From Diplonema japonicum (Eukaryota; Protista; Euglenozoa: Diplonemea): DNA of 64,000 nucleotides. The stretch covers positions 767,852 to 831,851 of the forward strand of contig OZ025657.1 of assembly GCA_964019335.1 (NCBI GenBank). The letters run 5' to 3'. The translations under genes were made by a program, and so were the position numbers. The notes under the pieces were generated by a model that saw only the letters and a program-made list of their open reading frames with translations, was not told where the DNA came from and did not search any database. Positions 27,001 to 37,108 of this stretch are shown one piece after another (positions within the stretch are counted from its first letter, which is position 1; each line of letters begins with the position of its first letter).

Positions 27001-29575
27001 AAGACTACAAGTGTGTCCCAGGGCAAGTAGTGCAGCAGTCTTTCCAGCCCGAGGTAGCGATCCCAGCGGAGTGTTACGCGGGCAACAAGCGCTTCATTGG
27101 CGAGCCTTTTAAGTGTCTGCGTGTGCCTGTTGCAGTGAGGGGAAATCCACTTGGTAGAATTGCCTATGCACCAGCTCCAGAGGCACCACGCCCGTCCACG
27201 CCGTCTGACAAGAATTGCTCGTTGCACTCAGACTGCAGCCCTTACCGCTGTGGTAAGAAGCGTGGTGTGCCCTCGAAAGACATTGACACGGGGTCGAAGT
27301 GCCAGGTGACATGCGAGGTGTTCGACGACTGTGCGGAGGGGTTCTCGTGTGTGAAGAAAGCATGTGTACAGTTCCGAGCCACCGCTGCAGCCTGCTCGGC
27401 TGACAAGCAGTGCGCCAGTGGTCACTGTGTGGACGGAGTGTGCTGCAACTCTGCGTGCAATCTCCCGTGCCAGAAGTGCACCAGCATGGGGATCTGTGAC
27501 TGGGTTGGTGTCGGCACCGACTTCAGGAATGATTGCGGCAGCTGCATGACGTGCAGGGAGGCGGACGATCCGGCAGTTCCGAGGTCCTGCGGACCTGAGG
27601 ATGAAGACAAGGATCCGAAGCGGAACTGCGGCGACCACGGGAAGTGCAACGGCGGTGGTGGGTGCGTGTGCCACACCTCGAACGAAGCCGGAAACTGGGG
27701 TGGTGACCTTTGCGACCGTTGTGCTGCAGGCTTCACTGGTGACATGTGCACCGTGGCGACAACTGTTCCTGTCCCACCCGAAGTTTCAGAAGTTGCAGGT
27801 GGCCCGCCTGGCCCTGTTCCTAGATCAGCGTACCAGCTTGAACCAATGCCGATCCAGTTCGCGACCAAGGTTCTGGACTTCACGACGCAGTCGCTACCAA
27901 AGAATGTTCACAACATCCTTGGGAGACCCGACGCCGTTGAGAGATACTATGAAGCTGACGCACCGAACAGAGGAGCCGCTTGGGAGCCTGTTCAGGTATA
28001 GCAACATCATAGAACAAACAACAACCTAAACCTAAACAACAGTATTTCTGCGACAGAAGGATGCACAAAACAAACTGCCCAAGCAGATTAAGAAAAAGGC
28101 AAGAATGGCAAGGTGAACTGCAGTACATCACTCTAGAGTTCTCAGAGGCAGTCTATTTGTCAAAGGTATAGATATAACCACTCGCAAAACATGACCGCAG
28201 GTATTCGTCTATGAAAACTCGAACCCCGGTTCTGTGATTGGGATCTGGGCGCAACCAGCACCCTCGGGTGCCGATGCATCGCCAGGAGGTGGCGCCCCAC
28301 CAAACCAAGTGTCCGGTAGTGGTGCCATCACGTCAAGCGCCGTTGTCAAGAAGCCAACAACGGTTCCCGACCAGTCAAGGGAGAACGTGTTGCCTGAGGA
28401 CTCGACAATCCTTGCTTTGAGCAACGGCACCGGCACAAGAGTAAACATCAACACCAACCCGGAACCCTTCTTCCAAGTGTGGAACAGATCAGAACCGGTA
28501 TGGCACACCGCACGAAAGCAGCACCACAGATCTTCTACTCAAAACCCACGTCACGTATCTATGCCCCGAAGAATTTCATCCACCACACGAGGCCCGTGTC
28601 CCTGCAGGCAGGTGGGCTCGACGTGGTTGAGGTGGAATGGAAAACGAAGGTTATCAGGCTTGTGATCGCACCGGACAACGACAGGCTGACGCAGGTATGG
28701 CTATGAGCTGCATCCACGCTCACTCACAACAGATCGACGCAGTGGGTGTCCTCGGCTTCTCAGTGTCGAGCCTGAATCGCACAGGGACGTGCCCTGGGTC
28801 GATGATGATTCCTGCTGATCCTGTGGGTACGCTCGTACCCTCTGGCAGGATGAGAGAAGTGTCGTGCAGCGGGAACGGCGAGTGTGAGCCGAAGGGGTGC
28901 AAGTGCCTTGGGAACTGGGACGGTGCAGAATGCGCGAACTGCAAGTTCGGGTGGACTGGGGAGTTCTGTGACGAGCTGGCAGTGACTGAGGTCGATGGGC
29001 CGGAGCTGTGCGCTGTTGCGATGTTCGAGGACCTCATGGATTTCGAGGGGACTGCGCTGGAGCTGAGGTGGAGCATCCAGGACTACACGTTTAGAACGAC
29101 TAGAGTGTTCCTGGCGAGGCACTTCGGTACGAAGTTCGTGTCGCCGCTCATCACACTCGGGTCACACACGCACGTCAGGGTGCAGGCAGGGTTCTTCATC
29201 ATGGACATGCCGAAGCATGACGACTCTGGTGTGCTGGTGAAGGCTGCACACACGAGGGCAGTGAACCCATCGACGGACAGGTCCGCTCAGGACCGCATCT
29301 CCGACGGCGAGAGGATCATCTTCATTAAGAACGTTCCGTATACTACAGGAGTGAACATCATCGGGACAGGCAAGGGTGACTCCTCCGATCAGATGGACGT
29401 CACTACGTCATGGAAGCCGGCAACCATCAGTGTGGAGTTTGAGATCTGGTCTCCCGACATCAAGTCCAAGGCTAACAAGGGCGACCACAGGATGACCCTT
29501 ACGTACTTCGTGATCCACTCCTGCGCTTACCCGTCCCAAGCAGGTGCCGACTCCCCCGACAGGAATGTGAACTAA
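3..29575 (+). CDS. Giant Cys-rich extracellular multidomain protein, 5' end outside window (WSC, PAN/apple, Kelch, many Ig/invasin-like repeats, LamG, CBM-like, EGF, C-terminal FBXL4/pappalysin-like domain)
   Basis: Frame is open from base 3 (CDLTGVLSHQW...). Exons 3-27995, 28043-28165, 28201-28497, 28530-28694, 28733-29575. Four phase-0 GTAT..CAG introns (47, 35, 32, 38 nt) join four ORF pieces in frame and rebuild one domain (QFATKVLDF..NILGRPD..YITLEFSEAVYLSKVFVYENSNPGSVIGI..SRIYAP..TKVIRLVI..TQIDAVGVLG). WSC motifs ~870, ~3020, ~14465; PAN-like ~7390, ~12760; Kelch ~10010-11570; recurring AGExFxVxV..DxYGN units; EGF ~21925-22330, ~24420-24610, ~28860-28975. Confidence 0.9.
17844..18020 (+). 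repeat. Coding 15-nt tandem repeat, 12 x (N/G/S/E)PPVG, Pro-rich linker
   Basis: Repeated ccagttggt(g/a)gtcc units translate to xPPVG in the giant ORF. Confidence 0.95.
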
Positions 29576-30088
29576 AGTTACACTGATTTTTTAAACTGAT
29601 TTGCAAATATGTAGCGTGTTTGTCAGATCTTACGGGTTAAAAAATTCTCCAGGTTTTTACCCGGCGTACAAAACAAGCAGCCAGTTCTTCCCCCCCCCCC
29701 CCCCCTTCTTTTTTCGCCAACGGTTTGGCTTAATTCCTCGGCTTCTGCTTTTGGCATTTTATTTTTCTTTTCCCCCTCTTCTAAATTTGTTGAGCAATGT
29801 CATTTGCTCTCGTCTTCTCCTCACTTCTCCAACCCTCTACTCCAACCCTGTTCTAGCCGAGAACTCATGTTTGCTTCACCCAAACAGCTAACGTATCTAT
29901 TGTCTATCACAGGGGATCCACATGTGCAAGCACCGGGGGACACAGTTAGTAGCGTGGATTCGTAGCCATGCGAACTAGCAGTATGTTCACTGGAAACAAA
30001 TGCTTGCTCAAGCCATGTTGGGATTCGTAGCCCCATGCCTCCCTCTTCAATTTTTCATGGTGAAAGTTAACTTTGAGAATCGGCAACA

Positions 30089-30089
<1 letters not shown>

Positions 30090-30129
<40 letters not shown>
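30090..30129 (+). repeat. Poly(A) tract, 40 nt, intergenic
   Basis: Directly visible homopolymer. Confidence 0.9.
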
Positions 30130-30131
<2 letters not shown>

Positions 30132-30536
30132 ACACATTCAATATATTTTCCTTTTCCTTTTTTCTTTTTTGTAGCACTCCTCCTAATCTCTTCTATTGCT
30201 GCCACGGTGTACCCCTTTGCGATATCTCGAGGGTAATAATGACCCTCGTCATGCTGTCTAAGGCCACCGTTTGGCTGACACTTCTTCCTCTCTCAAAATT
30301 TGTTGTTCTGTCTCCTTTTTTCTTTCTTTGTAATTACACAAATCCTACAGCCCCACCCCTTTACAATTCTGGGATTTACTTATCCCTACTTAACCCTATT
30401 GGTTCCTTTCTATTTTACACTTCCTCTCCTTCTTATTATTTCCCCTTTTTTTCTTTTCCCTTTCTTAACACCCCTTCGACCCTTCCCCAGCTTTACTATT
30501 TCTCATCATATCTTGAACGCCTCTAACTCACCAGGA

Positions 30537-31505
30537 ATGTTGACTCTCGGGAATCCTATGGTGGACTTCATGGTCGATGTCACAGAGGAGGAGATGACAC
30601 GGGATGGTCTTGATGGTGGCACAGAGTGCATAGCAAGATTCAGGCAGGATGTCAGTCTTGTTGAGGAGATGATAAAGAAGTACGAGCAGAGGTGTGTAAG
30701 GACCGGTGGGGGTGCAGCATTGAATACAGCAAGGACGGCAGGAAAGATTTTGCAAGGGCTGGACATCTCTGTAGGGAGCATAGGGGGTGTTGGTGTCGAT
30801 GCAGATGCAGAGTACTTGAAACAGCTTTGTGGTGAGGCGGACGTGGTGCCCTTGTTCATTGAAACGCCTAAGGTAACAGGCAGGTCATTGGTCATGATTC
30901 CCCCCAACAAGAACCGCACTATCCTGGGACACCCGTCTGCAGGAAGAGAGCTTCGTGCTGAAGGAGTTCTTCGAGTAGCCGGTGAACGGCTCCGAACAGC
31001 AAAACTCCTATACGTGACCACATTCTGCATGACCACAGCACCACGATGGAGTGCTGTCAAGGAAGCCTTTGCTGTGTGCGGTGAAGAGTGCAGGCTAGCC
31101 GTCAACCTGTCGTCGTGTGGTCTGCAGACAAACGAATCTGTTCGAGAAGCTCATTCGTATTTGCTGCCAAAAGCTCACTACATTTTCGGTACAAGTGAAG
31201 AGTGGCAGGCACACCTTGCAGCCCACGGCCAACTACCTATAGCCAACCCTTACCCCTCGGCATCAATCTTCATTACTGACGGGCCCAATCCCATCACCTT
31301 TATGAATGCTGCCAGTACAACAACGCACCCTGTCACCCAAGTGCAGGACATCGTAGACACGAACGGTTGTGGCGATGCCTTTGCCGGTGGTGTCCTGGCT
31401 GCAACCCTTCTGGGTGCATCTGTCAAGGATTCCATTAGAAAAGGTGTGGCGTGCTCCACAGCAGTTATCAGAGAGAGAGGGTTTGTTGTGCCCGATCGTT
31501 TGTAG
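30537..31505 (+). CDS. PfkB-family carbohydrate kinase, adenosine kinase-like
   Basis: LGNPMVDF start, GGGAALNTAR, and the C-terminal PfkB signature IVDTNGCGDAFAGG. The ATG follows a CAG acceptor at 30534. The upstream part of the 30300 ORF is T-rich intergenic DNA. Confidence 0.85.
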   Translation: MLTLGNPMVDFMVDVTEEEMTRDGLDGGTECIARFRQDVSLVEEMIKKYEQRCVRTGGGAALNTARTAGKILQGLDISVGSIGGVGVDADAEYLKQLCGEADVVPLFIETPKVTGRSLVMIPPNKNRTILGHPSAGRELRAEGVLRVAGERLRTAKLLYVTTFCMTTAPRWSAVKEAFAVCGEECRLAVNLSSCGLQTNESVREAHSYLLPKAHYIFGTSEEWQAHLAAHGQLPIANPYPSASIFITDGPNPITFMNAASTTTHPVTQVQDIVDTNGCGDAFAGGVLAATLLGASVKDSIRKGVACSTAVIRERGFVVPDRL

Positions 31506-31576
31506 TCAAACAACAGGATAGTTCTTATTTTGCTATCCAGGGTAGTATTTACTAGCAAAGGCCCACACGCCACAAA

Positions 31577-32314
31577 ATGTATTCCGGCGACCCATGGAAG
31601 TCAGGCCTAACGAGAGACGAGTACGCAGCCATAGGGGATGAGTACTTGAGACGGAAGATGGCTGAGTACTACCTCGATCTGGACCGTCCGCGGGATGGGG
31701 GAACTCTTTACACCGACAGCATGTATGCAGAGGATGAGAGGGCGTACCCAGGAGGTGATATTCTGCACGGAGGAAGGGGCTACGATCATAACCGAGAGGG
31801 CTGGCGTACTGCCACTCCAAGTTATAGCGGAGATTTGAACAGGGAAAGTGCTGAGGTACATGAGAGTAAAGCATACAACCAGCAGTACTATGAGAGCATT
31901 AAACGACGCTTTGAGGAGCCAGTGGACAAAGTGGCCCTTGGAGATGATGGCATCGACTGGTTCCAGCAGGAGTTCTGGGATGCTTATAATGCAACTATCA
32001 AGGAAACTGTAGACCGTCGCGTGGGCCCTCCGGCCGTTCCACGGCACTTAACCCGTCCGTGGCCTGATCCTTGGGCCCATCCTGTTCCTGAACACATCCG
32101 TCGCACAGAGAGGCTCAAAGCAGAAGGAAGGCGGCGTGCCCAAGCGAACCCAATCGCCCACCCTGACGCACCCTTGCCGCCGCCTACAGCTACTTTTTAC
32201 AAAGCCTTCGAAGACAGCAACAACCACAACATGCAAGGTAGGTCCGATCACACCGACAGGCATTACAGCAAGCAAGGTAGATCCGAGGACCCTCAGCGCT
32301 ATTCTTTACTTTAG
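31577..32314 (+). CDS. Hypothetical protein, 245 aa
   Basis: ATG-initiated ORF with coding-like composition, in cluster orientation, 71 nt after the previous stop. No domain recognised. Confidence 0.65.
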   Translation: MYSGDPWKSGLTRDEYAAIGDEYLRRKMAEYYLDLDRPRDGGTLYTDSMYAEDERAYPGGDILHGGRGYDHNREGWRTATPSYSGDLNRESAEVHESKAYNQQYYESIKRRFEEPVDKVALGDDGIDWFQQEFWDAYNATIKETVDRRVGPPAVPRHLTRPWPDPWAHPVPEHIRRTERLKAEGRRRAQANPIAHPDAPLPPPTATFYKAFEDSNNHNMQGRSDHTDRHYSKQGRSEDPQRYSLL

Positions 32315-32381
32315 ATGTTCTAATTTTTGTTCTGGAACGTAAATAGCCTCCTTATTCAACACAGGACACAAAATACGCATT

Positions 32382-33032
32382 ATGAAGGTTGTGCTTCTTC
32401 TCGCATTGCTGTGGGGTGTGGCGAGTGCCGAGGAAGGGACCGGGAAGCCCGAGACAACGTGGCTCAAAGCAGACCTGCTTGAAAAGTGGGTCAGAGAGTT
32501 CGGTTACAAAGTGGAGAACTCTGATGAGAACAGAATCCTGATGAGGCTGCAGGTGGAGTCAGGGAACTTAGTGTTTGTTGAGTTCAGCGACAATGACTCT
32601 CTGAAGATGATGACGTCGTGGGACTCTGACCAGACGGGGCTGGGCGACGGACCCATTGTCAACGGGTATGAAAAATTATGCAACACACAATGCCTAGGTG
32701 GAACAACGAGCGTCGCTTCTGCAAAGTTTCGATCTCTGACAAGCCCGAGGAGCAGAAGGGAACCCTAATGGTGATGCATCTTGACCAGGTATGCAGCAGC
32801 GCCAGTTATACAAAACCACACCAGCTGCTCCCCACGAAAGCAGGTGCCGAGTCTACGCGCCTCATGACGAAGAAAACCCTTGAGCTCTTTGAGGTATGTA
32901 CACATCAGCACCACAATACGAACACAGACCGGCGTCGTTGAGTTTGACCAGTTCTCGAAGGACACATACAAGCAGTGGCAGCGCCAGCAGAAGCCTGCAG
33001 ATGACAAGGAGGTCGAGTCGTCGCAGTACTAG
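32382..33032 (+). CDS. Signal-peptide protein with YbjN-like (T3SS-chaperone-like fold) domain, 3 introns
   Basis: Exons 32382-32665, 32698-32788, 32825-32893, 32928-33032; introns 32, 36, 34 nt (GTATG..AG). Splicing creates VNGWNNERRFCKV, like the YbjN NxWN..RFxK motif. The N-terminus MKVVLLLALLWGVASA is a signal peptide. Confidence 0.6.
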
Positions 33033-33286
33033 GATGTGATAAATATCTTCTAATTCTTTTTTAAGTTTTTAAAACACATATTTTATGTCTTTTGTACCAA
33101 ACTGGTTGTACACACAGAAGGCACTTTGATTAATTTTTATTTTGTTGATTTTTTTAATTTTTTAACTCTTATTACCATAGTATCCAGAGCGAGCCGGGGT
33201 CGGAGTTCAAACTGAGTGATGGGTCCACTCTGTATACTATGCATTATTGTTTACCCTTCGTAATCGACTACTCACTCAGCTTGTAA

Positions 33287-33898
33287 ATGGAGCGCAGAAG
33301 TGGCGTGTTGGCGTTGTACCGGGCGACTTTGAAGCAAGCGTCTCTGCTGCCCGTCGAGACTCGGAAAGATACTCTGCAGAAGATAAGAGAAACATATAAG
33401 GCAAATGTGAACGAGCAAGCAGACGACAAGGTGAAGGAGCTGATTAAGGACGGGTTCGGGCGGCTGGGGTATCTCCGCACAGTAACACCCAGGATCGACA
33501 AGCGGGGAAGGGATAAGCAGATGCGGAGCCAAAAATATATTGTGAAAGGAAAGGAAGGGTCATTTGTGAGGGGTAAGGGTGATAAGAGGAAGTCGCAGCA
33601 GAACGTGAAGTACGAAGGAGCCTCAAGTGACCCAGAGGTGAACTCGAGGCTGAAGTACGAAATGGACAAGCATCACATGACAGGGCACTATTGGAAAGAC
33701 GAGAAGGCATTTGTGCCTTCTTATGCAAGGAATTTTGAAAATGTTATTATGGAAGCGGCGGCAGTGCACAAAGGTCACAGCGACACGGCAGACGAGCACA
33801 AGTTGGCAAGGAACAGCTACAGCGAGAGGGGTGTTCTTTACGAACGTGTGCGATACCCGCATGCCCCGTGGGACACACCGGTCAAAGGTGGACATTGA
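33287..33898 (+). CDS. LYR-motif (Complex1_LYR-like) protein
   Basis: VLALYRATLKQA...IRETYKANVNE..VKELIKDG matches the LYR family pattern. Confidence 0.75.
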   Translation: MERRSGVLALYRATLKQASLLPVETRKDTLQKIRETYKANVNEQADDKVKELIKDGFGRLGYLRTVTPRIDKRGRDKQMRSQKYIVKGKEGSFVRGKGDKRKSQQNVKYEGASSDPEVNSRLKYEMDKHHMTGHYWKDEKAFVPSYARNFENVIMEAAAVHKGHSDTADEHKLARNSYSERGVLYERVRYPHAPWDTPVKGGH

Positions 33899-33965
33899 GT
33901 TTTCCTACCCCCCCCCCCCCCATTCTTGTTCCGCTTTCAATACAAATAATTTAAAGGAAAGTAAA

Positions 33966-35167
33966 ATGGGGATGCACATCATGCTCAGCACCCTTGAAGG
34001 GAACAGTCACTGCTTGGAGGTAGAAGATTCGTGGTGCGTTTCCGACCTAAAACGCAGAGTGGAAAAGCTAATGAATGTTGAGAAGGGAGAAGTGTCGCTG
34101 TCGCTGGAAGGTGAGGTACTGACCAACGACGCAGAAGAGATATCTGAAATAGGGCTGCTGTCGGACGATGTCATCGAAGTAGGCAAGTCGCACGAGGCAG
34201 TGGCAAAGAGGGATCTGTTCAGGAGGGGCATTGAGTGCACCGAGAAGTCATTAGTTCTGTCTGCAAAGTACGGGTCTCTGGAAGTTGTGCAGCTGTTGCT
34301 CTCCTCAGGAATCGATGTGGACTGCGGCTCCGCTGTGGATGAGTCATCCTTGCAGCGCACAGCGCTGATGACAGCCGCTCACGAATGCAGATACGACATT
34401 GTTGAGGCATTACTCAAGTCAGGCGCTGATATCACTCTGCGTGATGCAGCAGGGGAGACAGCTCTCACCCTGGGCGTAGAGTCCCCCGATATCACCCGCT
34501 TGTTGTTGAAGCACGGCATCGACGTGAACTGCAAGGACTGGTACGGGATGACGGCCCTCATGTACGCCATTGTAAATAGCAACCTCGAGACGACACAGAT
34601 CCTGCTCGACTACGGCGCCCACATTAATGACAAGGACAACGATGGCATCACACCGCTGATGCACGCTGTCGAGTCGGGGCGCGTTGAGGACGTGGCCTTT
34701 GCTTTGTCTAAAGGTGCCCTCCCAGACGAGGAAGACAACAACGGCGTCACTGCTTTGATGCGCGCAGCAAAAGCGAGCAGCTTAGCGATCACGAGGTTGT
34801 TACTAAAGCAGAATGTGGATGTGAACGCTACCAGCGTCACGGGCAAGACAGCACTCACGCATGCTGTAAGCGAGAACACCTGCAACATTAAAGTGGTGCA
34901 ACTCCTCCTTGATCAGGGGTGTGGTCCTAATACCAAAGAGTGCTTCACTGGCACTACTCCGTTAATGCACGCTGTCCAGCGTGGGCACATAGAAACTGTA
35001 GAATGTCTCGCGAAAGCCGGTTCAGATGTAACTGCGAGAGACATCGTGTGCAGTATGTCACTCAAAGATAACAAACAAACAAACGAACAGGGAAGACGCC
35101 ACTGATGTTCGCGTCTCCTTTTTACTACGATGCAATGCGGTGTGCACTCGGACTGGCAGAATCATAA
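33966..35167 (+). CDS. Ubiquitin-like domain plus ankyrin repeat protein, 1 intron
   Basis: N-terminal Ubl (IMLSTLEG..LEVEDSWCVSDLKRRV..LSLEGEVL), then multiple GxTALMxA ankyrin repeats. Intron 35053-35090 (38 nt, GTATGT..CAG) restores the last repeat KTPLMFA. Confidence 0.85.
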
Positions 35168-35824
35168 GGGCTTCAGTTAGATCATCACCTGTAGGAGTGC
35201 TTCACTCCTGTACAGTTCGTTATCCGTTTTGTTATGTTCTGTTTGGTTAAGCGATAGCCGCTTATCTATTTAAATCTATTTTATGGGTGTTGAACTTGAG
35301 AAGACCTCCTCAATTGGCCTGGTCTGCTGGAAGGTCAACTTCTAGTTCAAGTAGTCATTGTAGCATAGTTGGTGCCTTGATGGCGCTGCTTGTTGCTTCG
35401 GCGGCTCAGCTGGTTCCAACCAAGGTTCACCAGCATGTGATGCCTTGCATCGCATCGGCAGAACCTGTTAAGTGTCGTGATCCTCCGTTGGGCACTAAAT
35501 GTATCAATCAAGGCTGAACGTGTTTTACACAGGGGGTTCATCCACCTAAATCTGCACGGGGCTTGCCTGACACAGCACCTATCCAATCTAGACTATATAT
35601 ACGCCCCCCTCCCTCCCCTCGACCCCTCTAGCTAGTTCTAGGCATGTGCCAAAATGGACCGCAACGTTTCCCTCGTATCTTTACTCCTTTCCACTTGTCT
35701 TTTTAGTTCTGTCTACCTCCCAAGTGATCAAGAACGAAATGAAGCAAAAGCTTAGCATCACTTCTACCTTCATTGCTACTCGTCTTCTCGTATATTTACT
35801 TTTCATTCAGTGCAACACTGCAAG

Positions 35825-37042
35825 ATGAAGAAGCTGACCGTAGCGTTGGGCCTCATCGTCACTATGGCAGTTGCAATGACGAGCACTATGTGGTGGGAGG
35901 TAAGGGGTGAGGTGGTACCTGAAGAAAAATCTGTGCTAAAAGTAGCGCCGGTCTTAGAGCATACAACCGTTCCAGTTCCAATGACACAGCCGGAGCGCTC
36001 GAAAGATCCCTGCGGGATAGTTGTAGGAGATGTTGCGAAGTTTAAATCCTTGCACCATGGCATATACCTTGTCAAGATCGCTGGCGGTGCAAAGTACGTA
36101 ATAAAACCCGAATGCCGACCGGCAGCCAAGTGGCATGGACAACAGGGTTGGTCTGAGATTGCAGTGCACCAGTTGTCAAAGCTCATTTTTGGTGAGAACA
36201 ACACGGTGCCTTGCGCAAAAGGCATTACATTAGACCTCCCCGAGAGGTTCCGGTCAGAGGTGCACTCCGATCGCTGCGGCATGGTCGAAGAAGGAAGAAT
36301 CGAAGGAGTTGCCATGTCGTTTACGCCGCACGAGGAGAAAGCGCTGGACGCCATTAAAGCAATGAAGAAGTCGTTTCTGAAGTACCTAGAACCCCATAAC
36401 ACAGTCCCTGCCCGGGATCTCGTCTTTGTGCGAGACATAAGCAACGTCCTTGTTCTCGACTACGTTGTGCTCAACCCGGACCGGGAAGATAAGAACTGGT
36501 TCTTTAGCCCTTCACGGAGAGTTATTTCTATGGATAACGGCTGGGCTTTTGTGGGAAATGGCTATGGTGAGTCTGTGTGCGGAAGCTACGATGGTTACTT
36601 GACCTGCCCCCCTCTTTTGCGGCATCTGACAAATAAGGATTGCAATAAAAAAACCCTGAAGTTCTGTTTGTTCAGTTCTAAAACACGCGATGCGTTACAG
36701 GCCTTGCTCTCTTCATGGCACACCTCGGGGCCTGCATGGTCAGAGCATCTGCTTGCCGATCCTGTCGTTTCACATCTCTTCCGAGACCATGCTGGCTGGG
36801 CAGCGAAGGCCCCGAAACACAAGCAACAGCCCAATGCCCTGTACAACACAGCCTTGGCAAGGTTCTTTCAAAATTGTGACGGTGTGGGAAACGGTGAAGG
36901 TGCAACACCGAGAGATATAGTTAAGTGGATGCAGGATGGTGTAGAGCACAGAGTACGAGAGTTGCTACAACACATCGACAGGTGTGTTGTGGACTACGGT
37001 GCAGACTACGTGTTCCAGGTGAGCAATGCTGAGAGTAAGTAG
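35825..37042 (+). CDS. Signal-anchored atypical kinase, FAM20C/Four-jointed-like
   Basis: N-terminal hydrophobic anchor; VIKP, SEIAVHQLSKLI..VP, DYVVLNPDR, MDNG motifs. Confidence 0.55.
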   Translation: MKKLTVALGLIVTMAVAMTSTMWWEVRGEVVPEEKSVLKVAPVLEHTTVPVPMTQPERSKDPCGIVVGDVAKFKSLHHGIYLVKIAGGAKYVIKPECRPAAKWHGQQGWSEIAVHQLSKLIFGENNTVPCAKGITLDLPERFRSEVHSDRCGMVEEGRIEGVAMSFTPHEEKALDAIKAMKKSFLKYLEPHNTVPARDLVFVRDISNVLVLDYVVLNPDREDKNWFFSPSRRVISMDNGWAFVGNGYGESVCGSYDGYLTCPPLLRHLTNKDCNKKTLKFCLFSSKTRDALQALLSSWHTSGPAWSEHLLADPVVSHLFRDHAGWAAKAPKHKQQPNALYNTALARFFQNCDGVGNGEGATPRDIVKWMQDGVEHRVRELLQHIDRCVVDYGADYVFQVSNAESK

Positions 37043-37108
37043 TAACAAATGAGAATAATAAAAACCAATTTCATTTTCAAAACGCCAACAAGCACCACAG
37101 GTGGCGAC

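Noticed and set aside
89-28131. Dozens of antisense and alternate-frame ORFs inside the giant gene
   Set aside because: Shadow ORFs expected from GC-rich codon usage; no recognisable domains, while the + frame has coherent motifs throughout.
29601-30236. ORFs made of poly-K/poly-F (also 59722-60157)
   Set aside because: Artefacts of poly(A)/poly(T) tracts.
30300-30536. Hydrophobic N-terminal extension of the PfkB kinase
   Set aside because: Translation of a T-rich intergenic tract from a TTG; family similarity starts at ATG 30537 right after a CAG acceptor.
32233-32286. 39-nt intron flanked by direct repeats (GCAAGGTAG(G/A)TCCGA twice)
   Set aside because: Donor GTAGGT and acceptor AAG do not fit the local GTAT..CAG consensus; better explained as a small in-frame coding duplication (QGRSD/QGRSE).
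33185-33235. tRNA or Pol III B-box (GGAGTTCAAAC)
   Set aside because: No cloverleaf or A-box could be built.
33711-33965. N-terminal extension of the ankyrin ORF overlapping the LYR gene
   Set aside because: Non-ATG start and it runs through the C-run spacer; the Ubl domain begins at ATG 33966.
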